DNA of 64,000 bases, taken from the NCBI GenBank assembly GCA_903862465.1, contig CAIOYH010000068.1, positions 280-64,279 of the forward strand. The letters are read 5' to 3'. A model generated the notes under the pieces. That model ran no database searches. It saw only the letters and a program-made list of their open reading frames with translations, and was not told where the DNA came from. The DNA comes from an uncultured bacterium. Its GTDB lineage: Bacteria > Bacteroidota > Bacteroidia > Bacteroidales > CAIWKO01. Positions 42,293 to 51,187 of the stretch are shown piece by piece (the first letter of the stretch is position 1; every line of letters begins with the position of its first letter). The position numbers and the translations under genes are program-made.

Positions 42293-43402
42293 TTAGGACG
42301 GTTTATCCGTAAATGAATACGGAAAATATTTGTTCAATTTGCTGATAGGCTTTTCAATGAGTTTCCACGAAATATGAGCCACAAGAAACGTAAATAGATA
42401 TAACAACACAAAAAGGGTGTATTTGTTGGTCGTATAAAGTTTCATGTATTGGGTGACGGTGTAGAACAAACCGGGCATGAACAAATGGAACACATAAATG
42501 CCATAAGAAATACGCCCCGAATACACAACAAATTTGTTTTCCAAAATCAACTTAGGCAAGAATCGAAACCCATTTTGTGAAGCTCGCAAAATAATAAATG
42601 CGGCTGTTACTGCAAAAAAGAATTCATCAACGATACTTTTATAAATAGACACTTCGCTACGAATAGCCAAAAAGTAATATACCACCAAATACAACATGAT
42701 GACACTCCAAACCAACAAAGGCTTTTTCAATATGGCTGCCAATTGCTGTTTGTAAAGCGAAATATAGGCTATCAAAGCCCCCAATCCTAAAGCGTGGAAA
42801 CAGCTAAAGGTGAAATAAGAGTTTGCCATCCAATTGTTCATATAGAAGAAAATATACGCTTTGGTGAGCAAAGAAATGGTAATCGAAAAAAGTATCACTT
42901 TAACGAGATGTTTCGGTTTGATAAAAACAATAAGCCAAGGCCACAACAAATAAAATTGTTCTTCAACCGCTAAAGACCAAAAATGATTGAAATCTCCAAT
43001 AAAAATCTGATGAATGGATTGATAAATATTTGAAGTATAGCTGAACAACCAAGGGGCAACCTCATGCGTGTTTTTATAATTGATGGAGTATAACAAAATC
43101 AGCGTAAGATAATATATTGGGAAAATACGCAATACCCGACGGATATAAAAATTCTTAATAAACTTAATTTTAGGAATCCCGTCTTCTTCATATTTATTTT
43201 TATAAACCAATAGAATCCGTGTGATTAAAAAACCACTCAACACAAAAAATAACGTTACCCCATGTCCATAGGGCGCTTTTTGGAAAATGGGGTTGTAAAA
43301 ATCCCATTGTAACCAATGAGCAATCATCACCATCACAATAGCAAAAAACCGCAGTCCATCAAGCTGCTTCGAGTATTCAAGTTTGGTTTTGTTTTCTGTC
43401 AT
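42293..43402 (-). CDS. acyltransferase family 3 (OafA/YrhL-like) membrane protein
   Basis: QLDGLRFFAIVMVMIAHW.., FFVLSGFLIT, FWSLAVEEQFY. Confidence 0.8.
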   Translation of the reverse strand: MTENKTKLEYSKQLDGLRFFAIVMVMIAHWLQWDFYNPIFQKAPYGHGVTLFFVLSGFLITRILLVYKNKYEEDGIPKIKFIKNFYIRRVLRIFPIYYLTLILLYSINYKNTHEVAPWLFSYTSNIYQSIHQIFIGDFNHFWSLAVEEQFYLLWPWLIVFIKPKHLVKVILFSITISLLTKAYIFFYMNNWMANSYFTFSCFHALGLGALIAYISLYKQQLAAILKKPLLVWSVIMLYLVVYYFLAIRSEVSIYKSIVDEFFFAVTAAFIILRASQNGFRFLPKLILENKFVVYSGRISYGIYVFHLFMPGLFYTVTQYMKLYTTNKYTLFVLLYLFTFLVAHISWKLIEKPISKLNKYFPYSFTDKPS

Positions 43403-43456
43403 AATGAAAAATGGGATGATGCTTGTAATAAATGTTTTCTGTGAAATTATTCCGGC

Positions 43457-43987
43457 TTAAGGAACCAATTTGTGAATGACCGTATCTTTTTTTTGAAAGT
43501 TTTCATATTCCGTTTTGATGCGAGGAATTGCTGCGGGTGCAATAATGCTTATGGGTTTATAAAGCCGCGAATTATCCTTGGTGGTGCGGGTGAGTATTTT
43601 TTCGTAGGGATCGAATTTCACGATTACATATAAGATGAGGCTTGCCAAAAACAATACTTTCAGCAAACCGAACACTGCACCCAGTATCTTATTAAAAAAT
43701 CCCAAAGCAGTCAAATCCAATGCTTTTTCGATGGTTTTCGCAATCAATCGCATGACGATTATCACGGCAACAAATATGAGCGTAAACGCCACTGCGGAAG
43801 TATAATTTGCGCTAAATCCCAGATGTTTGATAAGCAAGCCCGCCACAAAATCGGAGAAATAAATACCTAGATAAATACCTAAAAACAAAGCTGCCAAGGA
43901 AGTAAGCTCAATGACAAGCCCTTTGCGGAAGCCCTTGAAAACGAAAATAATTATTGGAACTAGGATGATTATATCGAGAGCGTTCAT
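43457..43987 (-). CDS. CvpA-family membrane protein
   Basis: MNALDIIILVPIIIFVFKGFRKGLVIEL.. with 4 TM helices. 4-nt overlap with the upstream ABC ATPase gene. Confidence 0.7.
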   Translation of the reverse strand: MNALDIIILVPIIIFVFKGFRKGLVIELTSLAALFLGIYLGIYFSDFVAGLLIKHLGFSANYTSAVAFTLIFVAVIIVMRLIAKTIEKALDLTALGFFNKILGAVFGLLKVLFLASLILYVIVKFDPYEKILTRTTKDNSRLYKPISIIAPAAIPRIKTEYENFQKKDTVIHKLVP

Positions 43988-44736
43988 TTTTGTTTTTTTA
44001 AACGGCGCGTAAGTTCGGTGGCGTAAACAAAGTTATTCAGTTCCTCGTTGTCGGTGTCCAGAATTTCGTTGTTGTCGCCTTCCCACCAAAGTTTACCTTT
44101 ATATATAAATGCAATTTTATCCCCAATTTCTATCACGGAATTCATGTCGTGGGTGTTGATGATGGTGGTCATCCCATATTCTTTGGTGATTTCACTAATC
44201 AGGTTATCAATCAGGATGGATGTTTTGGGGTCCAAACCCGAATTGGGTTCATCGCAAAACAAATAATGCGGATTCATCGAAATAGCGCGAGCAATCGCCA
44301 CGCGTTTTTTCATACCACCACTCAATTCGGCAGGAAACAAAGCATTCACGTTTTCAAGCGCAACACGTTTCAAACAAAAATTTACGCGGTCGCGCTTTTC
44401 TTCCATTGTTTGATCGGTAAACATTGTCAACGGGAACATCACATTTTGTTCAACGGTCATAGAGTCGAACAAAGCCGCCCCTTGAAACATCATCCCGATT
44501 TCCTGTCGGATAGATTTCTTTTCGTAGAAATTCATCTCGGTGAACAAACGGTCGTCGAAAAATATCTGACCTTCGTCCACGTCCAACAAACCTACAATAC
44601 ATTTCATCAAAACGGTCTTCCCCGAACCGCTGGGTCCTATAATCAAATTGGTTTTTCCGCGCTCAAAAATAAGATTGATATCGCTTATAATCCTATGGTC
44701 ACCAAAACCTTTTGATATGTGTCGTGTTTCTATCAT
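43984..44736 (-). CDS. ABC transporter ATP-binding protein (MlaF-like)
   Basis: Walker A GPSGSGKT, signature LSGGMKKRVAIARA, Walker B LFCDEPNSGLD. Confidence 0.85.
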   Translation of the reverse strand: MIETRHISKGFGDHRIISDINLIFERGKTNLIIGPSGSGKTVLMKCIVGLLDVDEGQIFFDDRLFTEMNFYEKKSIRQEIGMMFQGAALFDSMTVEQNVMFPLTMFTDQTMEEKRDRVNFCLKRVALENVNALFPAELSGGMKKRVAIARAISMNPHYLFCDEPNSGLDPKTSILIDNLISEITKEYGMTTIINTHDMNSVIEIGDKIAFIYKGKLWWEGDNNEILDTDNEELNNFVYATELTRRLKKQK

Positions 44737-45509
44737 CCTAGCATCAATTGAGTAATAATAAGATTAAAAAATATAAGCATTATGCTGCTCATCACCACAG
44801 CTTTTGTGCTGGCACGCCCCACTTCCAGCGCACCGCCATTGGTATAATATCCGTAGTATCCCGAAATGGAGGTGATGATAAACGAAAAAACTATCGTTTT
44901 CACCACCGAGTAATACACTTCGTAAGGAATAAAATCGAGTGTGATGCCTTGATAATAGGCTGTAGTGCTTACCACATGCATCAACGTAGCCGCCAACCAT
45001 CCGCCAAAAATACCCAAAAACATACTGATAACAACCAATATGGGGAAAATAATAACGGCTGCAACAATCTTCGGCAAAATCAAATAGTTGGCAGAATTCA
45101 CACCCATAATTTCTAAGGCATCAATTTGTTCGGTCACGCGCATGGTCCCTATTTCGGAGGCAATACGCGAGCCCACTTTGCCAGCCAAAATCAAACAAAT
45201 GATGGTAGGCGAAAATTCTAAAATGATAGATTCGCGTGTGGTGAACCCTACCGTGTAGGCAGGTATCCACGCACTAGTGATGTTGTGTGCAGTTTGTATC
45301 GCCACAACTGCTCCCATAAAAACAGAAATAATGGCTACGATGCCCAAAGAGTCAATGCCTAAGTTGTTGATTTCGTCAGCTATTTGCCTTCGAAACACAG
45401 GTGTCTTCTCATGTTTTTTGAAAACTTTGAGCATTAAATCTGCGTATTGTCCGATGCTAAATAAAATTTTTTTCAAAGCGCTAAAGATTTTTTTTGCGAA
45501 TTTAAACAT
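44733..45509 (-). CDS. MlaE-family ABC transporter permease
   Basis: 258 aa. GVNSANYLILPKIVA and EVGRASTKAVV are typical of MlaE/Ttg2B permeases. 4-nt overlap with the ATPase gene. Confidence 0.8.
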   Translation of the reverse strand: MFKFAKKIFSALKKILFSIGQYADLMLKVFKKHEKTPVFRRQIADEINNLGIDSLGIVAIISVFMGAVVAIQTAHNITSAWIPAYTVGFTTRESIILEFSPTIICLILAGKVGSRIASEIGTMRVTEQIDALEIMGVNSANYLILPKIVAAVIIFPILVVISMFLGIFGGWLAATLMHVVSTTAYYQGITLDFIPYEVYYSVVKTIVFSFIITSISGYYGYYTNGGALEVGRASTKAVVMSSIMLIFFNLIITQLMLG

Positions 45510-45549
45510 TATTTGAAAGCAAAAAGCTAAAAATCTTCAAGTTTTTTTA

Positions 45550-45557
45550 TAATTTTG
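45550..45557 (+). promoter_or_regulatory. -7 box TAATTTTG upstream of the small lipoprotein gene
   Basis: Matches TAnnTTTG, 15 nt upstream of the ATG at 45572. Confidence 0.45.
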
Positions 45558-45571
45558 CAGAAAAATCAAAT

Positions 45572-45733
45572 ATGAGTCGGAAACGGGTTTTATTTTTCTG
45601 TATTATTTCAGTGTTTTTTTGTCTCACTTTTGCCTCGTGCAAAACGAGCAAAAGGCATAAGTGCAAGGAATGTCCAACATTTTCGAACAACGATTTTCTT
45701 AAAAACAATAAAATTTATAGTTATGAAATATAA
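45572..45733 (+). CDS. small lipoprotein (53 aa), below the ORF-track cutoff
   Basis: Hand translation: MSRKRVLFFCIISVFFCLTFASCKTSKRHKCKECPTFSNNDFLKNNKIYSYEI. It has a signal peptide plus FASC lipobox and a consensus -7 box upstream. Confidence 0.55.
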   Translation: MSRKRVLFFCIISVFFCLTFASCKTSKRHKCKECPTFSNNDFLKNNKIYSYEI

Positions 45734-45869
45734 TAAAATAATTTTCATCATGCTGCTGGCAGTTGTTTTAGTCTTTTCCGCCTGCGCCTCCAAAAAAGGT
45801 CGTTACGAAAAATGTTCTCATTTTAGTAGAAAAGCTTTATGTCCCGAACAAGTTCATGCGCGTATTTAA
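45723..45869 (+). CDS. small lipoprotein paralogue (48 aa)
   Basis: MKYNKIIFIMLLAVVLVFSACASKKGRYEKCSHFSRKALCPEQVHARI. It shares the (S/A)C..(S/K)K.(H/Y).KC..FS pattern with the preceding ORF. It overlaps that ORF by 11 nt and the next gene by 14 nt. Confidence 0.5.
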   Translation: MKYNKIIFIMLLAVVLVFSACASKKGRYEKCSHFSRKALCPEQVHARI

Positions 45870-46479
45870 TGATGTCCTAAAACCTTTTATTCCCGAATCG
45901 GCTGTCGAAATTGTTTCGAAGTGGATAAGCGCCCATCCTCTTCAAATTCGTATTTCGCAAGCGCGTGCTACCAAGCTTGGCGATTTTAGCCCCCCTTCCC
46001 CCCAACGGCGATTCCACAAAATTAGCGTCAATCGGAATCTGAATAAATATTCCTTTTTAATCACCCTTACCCATGAGTATGCCCATTTGTTGTGCTGGGA
46101 AAAATACAAAAACCGCGTGAAACCTCATGGCAATGAATGGAAAGACATCTACAAAACCCTCTTGTTTACGCTGCTCGAATCCAAGATTTTTCCGCGGGAG
46201 ATAGAATACGAACTCACGAAAATCATTGTGGGCAATGTGTATGCCTCCTCCACTTCTGAAAAAGAATTGAGCAAAACCTTGCATGACTTCAACACCGAAA
46301 AAGAACCCGGTGTGCTGCTCGAAGAACTTGCCGAAGACACACTTTTTAAACTTCATACGGGAAAAGTATTCCGCAAAGGTAGCAAAATCCGTACCCGTTA
46401 TAGATGCTATTGTGTGAGCAACAAACGCTGGTATTATGTCAGTCCGATAGCGAGAGTGGTGCCTATTGACAAAGAATAA
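45856..46479 (+). CDS. SprT-like zinc metalloprotease-domain protein
   Basis: HEYAH (HExxH) in the context ITLTHEYAHLLCW. The ATKLGDF motif is typical of SprT-like proteins. Confidence 0.7.
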   Translation: MRVFNDVLKPFIPESAVEIVSKWISAHPLQIRISQARATKLGDFSPPSPQRRFHKISVNRNLNKYSFLITLTHEYAHLLCWEKYKNRVKPHGNEWKDIYKTLLFTLLESKIFPREIEYELTKIIVGNVYASSTSEKELSKTLHDFNTEKEPGVLLEELAEDTLFKLHTGKVFRKGSKIRTRYRCYCVSNKRWYYVSPIARVVPIDKE

Positions 46480-46557
46480 AATGAAAATTAATACGTTCCT
46501 TTTGTTTGGAATGATTTTTTTAATAATTTTGCACCCTATTTGCGAAAAAACAAAACA

Positions 46558-47649
46558 ATGAAGAAGAACAATTTTTGTGTGATTATGGCTGGCGGCATCG
46601 GTTCCCGATTCTGGCCCCTGAGCCGCACCTCTCATCCTAAACAATTTTTGGATATTTTAGGCAGCGGCGAAACCCTAATACAACAAACCTTTCGTCGCTT
46701 CGAACGGGTCATTCCGCGCGAAAACATCTATATCGTGACCAACGACATGTATTGCTCCTTGGTGAAAGAACAATTGCCTTTTCTGAACGAAAACCAAATC
46801 GTTAACGAACCTTCGCGCCGAAGCACTGCCCCCTGCATTGCGTATGCATGCTATAAAATCAAAAAAATTAATCCAAATGCCAACATCGTCGTGGCGCCTT
46901 CCGACCATATTATTTTGAAAGAAGACTTGTTTGCCGATGTAATTTCCTCCTCGCTCACCGCCGTGGAACAAAACGATTGGCTCCTCACCCTTGGCATCAC
47001 CCCCAGCCGTCCCGACACTGGATATGGCTACATCCAATTCAAAGACACCGAAGCCTACCCTCAAGATTTCAGAATCAAAAAAGTGAAGACTTTCACCGAA
47101 AAACCCGCCTTGGAAATGGCAAAACAATTTCTCGAAAGTGGCGATTTCTTGTGGAACTCGGGGATTTTCATTTGGTCCATCAAAAGTATTATGAAGGCAT
47201 TCGAAATGTATATGCCTGAATTGAAAGAATCCTTTGACAAAGGCGAAGCAGTCTATAACACTGCCGAGGAAGCCGAATTCATAAAACAAACCTACGCCAC
47301 CTGCAAAAGCACCTCCATTGACTATGGCGTGATGGAAAAAGCCTCCAACGTCTATGTCTTGCGGTCCGATTTCGGTTGGTCCGATTTGGGCACCTGGGGC
47401 TCCCTTTACGAAAACAGAGAAAAGAACACCGAGGGAAACGCTATCGTGGGCAAACACGTTATCATGTACGACAGCCACAACTGCATCGTCAATATGCCCA
47501 AAGACAAGGTCGTGGTCTTGCAAGGTTTAGACGACTATATCGTCGTAGAATCGGGCAATGTCTTGCTGATTTGCCGCAAACAAGACGAACAGCAGATACG
47601 TTTGTTTGTCAATGATGTGAAGATGGAAAAGGGAGAGCATTATATATAA
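46558..47649 (+). CDS. manC: mannose-1-phosphate guanylyltransferase
   Basis: VIMAGGIGSRFWPLSR nucleotidyltransferase motif. The ATG at 46558 is preferred over the TTG at 46540, because a TAATTTTG -7 box lies at 46524-46531. Confidence 0.8.
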   Translation: MKKNNFCVIMAGGIGSRFWPLSRTSHPKQFLDILGSGETLIQQTFRRFERVIPRENIYIVTNDMYCSLVKEQLPFLNENQIVNEPSRRSTAPCIAYACYKIKKINPNANIVVAPSDHIILKEDLFADVISSSLTAVEQNDWLLTLGITPSRPDTGYGYIQFKDTEAYPQDFRIKKVKTFTEKPALEMAKQFLESGDFLWNSGIFIWSIKSIMKAFEMYMPELKESFDKGEAVYNTAEEAEFIKQTYATCKSTSIDYGVMEKASNVYVLRSDFGWSDLGTWGSLYENREKNTEGNAIVGKHVIMYDSHNCIVNMPKDKVVVLQGLDDYIVVESGNVLLICRKQDEQQIRLFVNDVKMEKGEHYI

Positions 47650-47750
47650 CGGTGTTCTTTTATTGCGGCTTCAATTATATATTACACTTTGCTTAGGGAT
47701 GTGTAGGATTTGTTTTCTTTTGCTTTAAATCCATTAATATAACATTGCTT

Positions 47751-48572
47751 ATGAAGTTATTATTTAAGATATTCGGGCTAATGGCACTTAGTGTTGCTGC
47801 TGTGACGATGTGTGCGGCACAAACGGTTTCTGTTAAGGATTCTGTTATTGTGGTGTTTGGCGATACCCGCACAAATCATGAGGTGCACAGGGAAGTAGTG
47901 AAGGATATTATGACGTTTAAACCAGTGGCGGTGTTTCATACGGGGGACTTGGTTTTTAATGGTTCAAAGAATTCGGAGTGGACATTGTTTGAATCCATCA
48001 TGAAGCCTATTCTTAATAGTTCGAAGTTGTATCCGAGCTTTGGGAACCATGAGATGCATAGCAAATTGATGTCGAAAGATTTCAAGATGCCGAATAATGG
48101 AAAATGGTATTCGGTGAATTTGACTAGTATTCATTTTGTGGTATTGGATAATTATTCTGATTTTTCGGTTGGGTCGGAGCAATACAAGTGGTTGGTAGCA
48201 GATTTGAGTTCTGTTCCAAAAAATATGTTTCGTGTGGTAGTGATGCATTTGCCTGTTTACACTTCGGGACCACACAAAACGAAGTTGAAACAAATTAGGG
48301 CAACACTAGTTCCTGTTTTTGAGAAATATGGCGTGAATGCGGTGTTTAGCGGGCATATTCATTGTTATGAAAAGGCGTTTTCGAACAACATTTATTATAT
48401 CACCACGGGTGGAGGCGGTGCGCCGCTGTATAGTAAAGTAAGAGAGATTTCAGAATCGAAATTGTATGTAAAGACGTATAATTTTTGTACCTTGGTTGTG
48501 AAAAATGAGGCGTTGGAGATACGGGCATTGGATACGAATTTAAAGGTGATTGATGAGGTTATTATCAAATAG
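47751..48572 (+). CDS. secreted calcineurin-like metallophosphoesterase
   Basis: GDTRTNH, HTGDLV, GNHE, VMHLPVY, SGHIHCYE. The ATG at 47751 follows the TTG at 47745 used by the track. Confidence 0.8.
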   Translation: MKLLFKIFGLMALSVAAVTMCAAQTVSVKDSVIVVFGDTRTNHEVHREVVKDIMTFKPVAVFHTGDLVFNGSKNSEWTLFESIMKPILNSSKLYPSFGNHEMHSKLMSKDFKMPNNGKWYSVNLTSIHFVVLDNYSDFSVGSEQYKWLVADLSSVPKNMFRVVVMHLPVYTSGPHKTKLKQIRATLVPVFEKYGVNAVFSGHIHCYEKAFSNNIYYITTGGGGAPLYSKVREISESKLYVKTYNFCTLVVKNEALEIRALDTNLKVIDEVIIK

Positions 48573-48656
48573 GTAGAAATATAGTAAATGAATGCTTTTG
48601 AAAAAACATATTAGAGAAAATATTTGTAGGTTTAAAATTATTTGTAATTTTACATC

Positions 48657-49103
48657 ATGATTCATAAGAGATTTTATAGAAACCTGTATTTGGGACTATG
48701 TTTGTTGTTCCTTGGGCTGAGCAGTTGTCAGAAGTATGAGGACGGGCCTGCTATTAGTTTTAGGAGTAAGACAAGTAGGTTGGTGGGATATTGGAAACTA
48801 GACAAGTGGATTGAAAATAATGTGGAACAACCGAATCAATTAAAATATAAACGACAATTTGGCTTTGCGAAAGATGGAACATATTATTACAATTTTGCAG
48901 ATACGACGAATGGGGTTGTTATAAATTTTGAGGGAACTTGGGTGATGCGAACTCGGAATGAGCAATTGGTGTTGGGGTTAGATGATCCCTTGGTGGGGAT
49001 GCAATATGAGGTTTGGGATATAACCCGATTGACAAATAAAGAAATCTGGCTTGAAAATGTAAGCCCGAAGAAAATGGTGGAATGGCACCTTGTTGTACAA
49101 TAG
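48657..49103 (+). CDS. lipocalin-like lipoprotein (paralogue A)
   Basis: Lipobox LSSC. The pattern ..GPAISFRSKTSRLVGYWKLDKW..FEGTWVM..QLVLGL..VWDITRLTNKEIWLE. Confidence 0.6.
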   Translation: MIHKRFYRNLYLGLCLLFLGLSSCQKYEDGPAISFRSKTSRLVGYWKLDKWIENNVEQPNQLKYKRQFGFAKDGTYYYNFADTTNGVVINFEGTWVMRTRNEQLVLGLDDPLVGMQYEVWDITRLTNKEIWLENVSPKKMVEWHLVVQ

Positions 49104-49183
49104 CGAAGGTAGAGTAGAAATTGAATGAGTGTCGTTTGTTTTGTTATCTAAAGTTGTTATAAAATTTAAAGCACAGTTATATT

Positions 49184-49636
49184 ATGATACGATTTTTTAA
49201 AGTACTGATTTTTGTTTTTGTTTTGTTGATGGTAGTAGTGGGATGCAAGAAGTATGATTACGGTCCGACGTTTAGTTTGCGGTCGAAGAAGGCTAGAGTG
49301 GTGGGCAATTGGGTTACTGAGAAATGGATGATGGATAAGTTTTCATATAGCACCGTGTTGGATTCGAATCGTAAGGTGGAGTTTACGAAGGATGGGGGAT
49401 ATAGCTTTCATCAAACGAATCCTTCGACAAGTGTAGAGACAACTCTAGAGGGGACTTGGGATTTTAAACAAGAAAAAGAACAGTTGCTGCTAGGACTTCC
49501 AACAGGGATTAATGGGGCGATGAATTATGTGGTGTGGGATATTATTTGTTTGAAGCATAAAGCACTTTGGTTGGAACGAGTGGATTATGGCTATCCGCAT
49601 TCAACGCTTTATGAGTGGCATTTGAAAGCAGAATAA
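49184..49636 (+). CDS. lipocalin-like lipoprotein (paralogue B, tandem duplicate)
   Basis: Lipobox VVGC. GPTFSLRSKKARVVGNWVTEKW..LEGTWDF..QLLLGL..VWDIICLKHKALWLE is collinear with the preceding gene. Confidence 0.6.
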   Translation: MIRFFKVLIFVFVLLMVVVGCKKYDYGPTFSLRSKKARVVGNWVTEKWMMDKFSYSTVLDSNRKVEFTKDGGYSFHQTNPSTSVETTLEGTWDFKQEKEQLLLGLPTGINGAMNYVVWDIICLKHKALWLERVDYGYPHSTLYEWHLKAE

Positions 49637-49685
49637 GTATCAGGTTTCAAGTAGCGTATTCATCATTCCAAGTTTGGCAGAACTC

Positions 49686-49742
49686 GGTGCATGTTATTGT
49701 TTTATAATACAAAGTTACAAACCTTTGGTGGAATAGGTGGGA
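49686..49742 (-). promoter_or_regulatory. orphan duplicate of the DUF5103 gene promoter plus start codon
   Basis: ggtgcatgttattgttttataatacaaagttacaaacctttggtggaatag matches 5159-5209 at about 46 of 51 positions. The match includes ATGCACC and the -7 box (here TAACTTTG, 49710-49717). Only 9 codons are open after the ATG. Confidence 0.6.
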
Positions 49743-50100
49743 TAAAAGTTGAATTTTGATTATTGAACTTCGCAATCAATTAATTGAAAGGTCTTGCTTA
49801 TATGGTTAGACACAGATAAAATATGATTTTAAGTATAACCTAAAAAGCTTGAGGCGAATGAGGTTTTACATTTGCCGAAAGGGGTTTTATGCGAAAAAGA
49901 AATAATGAGGTATCTAGACTAGCCCGCTTGTCACATAACCAACCAAGCCAGGCAAAGAAACCCCCATCCTTTCCCCTCTTCCTACTGTTAATATCTTTTT
50001 CAAGAATGTTAATATCTTTACAGGAACAAAAGTATCTCCATATCAAAAAACATTAGTAATTTTACACTCAAATTAAACTTAAAAAAAGGAGGAAAGAAAA

Positions 50101-50817
50101 ATGTCATTAATTACAATTAATAACGGTTTAGCAGTTGGTGATTTACCTGATATCCTAGATGCTCAAGATATAATCAGGCAAAAATTCTCACCATGGCAGG
50201 TCAATTTCACACCCGAAGAGAAAAAGAAATTTTTCAAATTGGGTTATATCCGAGAATCATTCGGTGACAAAATTATGTTGATGGGCGAGCAACATCCGGT
50301 TACGATTCCCCCCGATGTTGATTTCAACATCGTTAAAACGCAATTCAAATTTTATCAAGATCTTCAACTCTTCAAAAACAATAAAGCCGATGTTGATGAA
50401 TTGATTGATTGTTTGATAATGAATTTAGGTGTACTGCTGCTAGCTTCGTTCAACAGGATTTACAACACAGCCAACGATCTGTCTAAAAAAGGTAATTATC
50501 CTTTCAGCGAAATGGTGAAAGATGCAGGTCAAGTTTATGCAAGAGACACACAAAGCAGTGGAACATTATTTTCAATTGCTAAAGCGGGTCAAATGACGAT
50601 TAACAAACTTGTTCCCAAAAGCCTTTTCATCAACAGTGCCACAACAGTTTTGACCATCAACGCAGCAGATGAGGTTCCGAGTCAATACAAACAAAACAAT
50701 GCAATAACCGTAAATCCCGGTAATTCTACACCACTACCTGTCGGATACACGGCTATTATAGTATCTAACTTGAGTGCCGACACCGCAGGCGCTTTCACCG
50801 TCAAACTTAAAAAATAA
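50101..50817 (+). CDS. hypothetical protein (238 aa) preceded by a strong Shine-Dalgarno site
   Basis: AAGGAGG lies 8-9 nt upstream of the ATG. The N-half is helical (FTPEEKKKFFKLGYIRESF..) and the C-half is beta-rich (..TAIIVSNLSADTAGAFTVKLKK). No family is recognised. Confidence 0.6.
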   Translation: MSLITINNGLAVGDLPDILDAQDIIRQKFSPWQVNFTPEEKKKFFKLGYIRESFGDKIMLMGEQHPVTIPPDVDFNIVKTQFKFYQDLQLFKNNKADVDELIDCLIMNLGVLLLASFNRIYNTANDLSKKGNYPFSEMVKDAGQVYARDTQSSGTLFSIAKAGQMTINKLVPKSLFINSATTVLTINAADEVPSQYKQNNAITVNPGNSTPLPVGYTAIIVSNLSADTAGAFTVKLKK

Positions 50818-50823
50818 ACGATA

Positions 50824-50884
50824 GAGGCAAAGGGCACAAGGCATAGATTGAAAACAACAACAATCTCCTTCAACCCTTTGCCTC
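50824..50884. other. 11-bp perfect inverted repeat GAGGCAAAGGG / CCCTTTGCCTC with 39-nt loop
   Basis: Arms at 50824-50834 and 50874-50884. It starts 7 nt after the stop of the 238-aa gene. Confidence 0.7.
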
Positions 50885-50936
50885 CAATCTTCTAAGTTGT
50901 ACTAATCAAGTATAATACTAAACCATCGTTCTTAAA

Positions 50937-51187
50937 AACCCAAGCAATGAACTTGAAACTCCAAGCAATGAACATGAAAACTCATGTGCTGAACTTGAAA
51001 ACCCAAGCTTTTTGCATGGAATTTGAAGTTCCCTGCATGAAATTCCAAGCTCCGAACATGGAACTCCAAGCTCCGAACATGGAAATCCAAGCTCACAGCT
51101 TGAACTCCAAGCAATGAACTTGAAACACGAACCTCTGAACTTGGAATTCCAATAACAGAACATGACATTCCAAGAGTAGAACTTCAA
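50937..51187. repeat. degenerate 21-bp tandem array 2 (~12 units)
   Basis: aacccaagcaatgaacttgaa / actccaagcaatgaacatgaa / ... / attccaagctccgaacatgga / actccaagctccgaacatgga / ... The consensus is AnTCCAAGCnnnGAACnTGRA. Two minus-strand frames stay open (50918-51229 and 50932-51168). Confidence 0.85.

Noticed and set aside
44149-44715. 188-aa + strand ORF inside the ABC ATPase gene; 122-aa ORF at 44748-45116
   Set aside because: Both are antisense to genes with Walker/ABC or MlaE motifs.
46057-47523. 195-aa and 282-aa minus-strand ORFs across the SprT-like and manC genes
   Set aside because: Antisense shadow ORFs with biased composition and no motifs.
49840-50046. 68-aa minus-strand ORF in the spacer upstream of the 238-aa gene
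   Set aside because: No promoter box, no motifs, and it spans short direct repeats (tgttaatatcttt x2).
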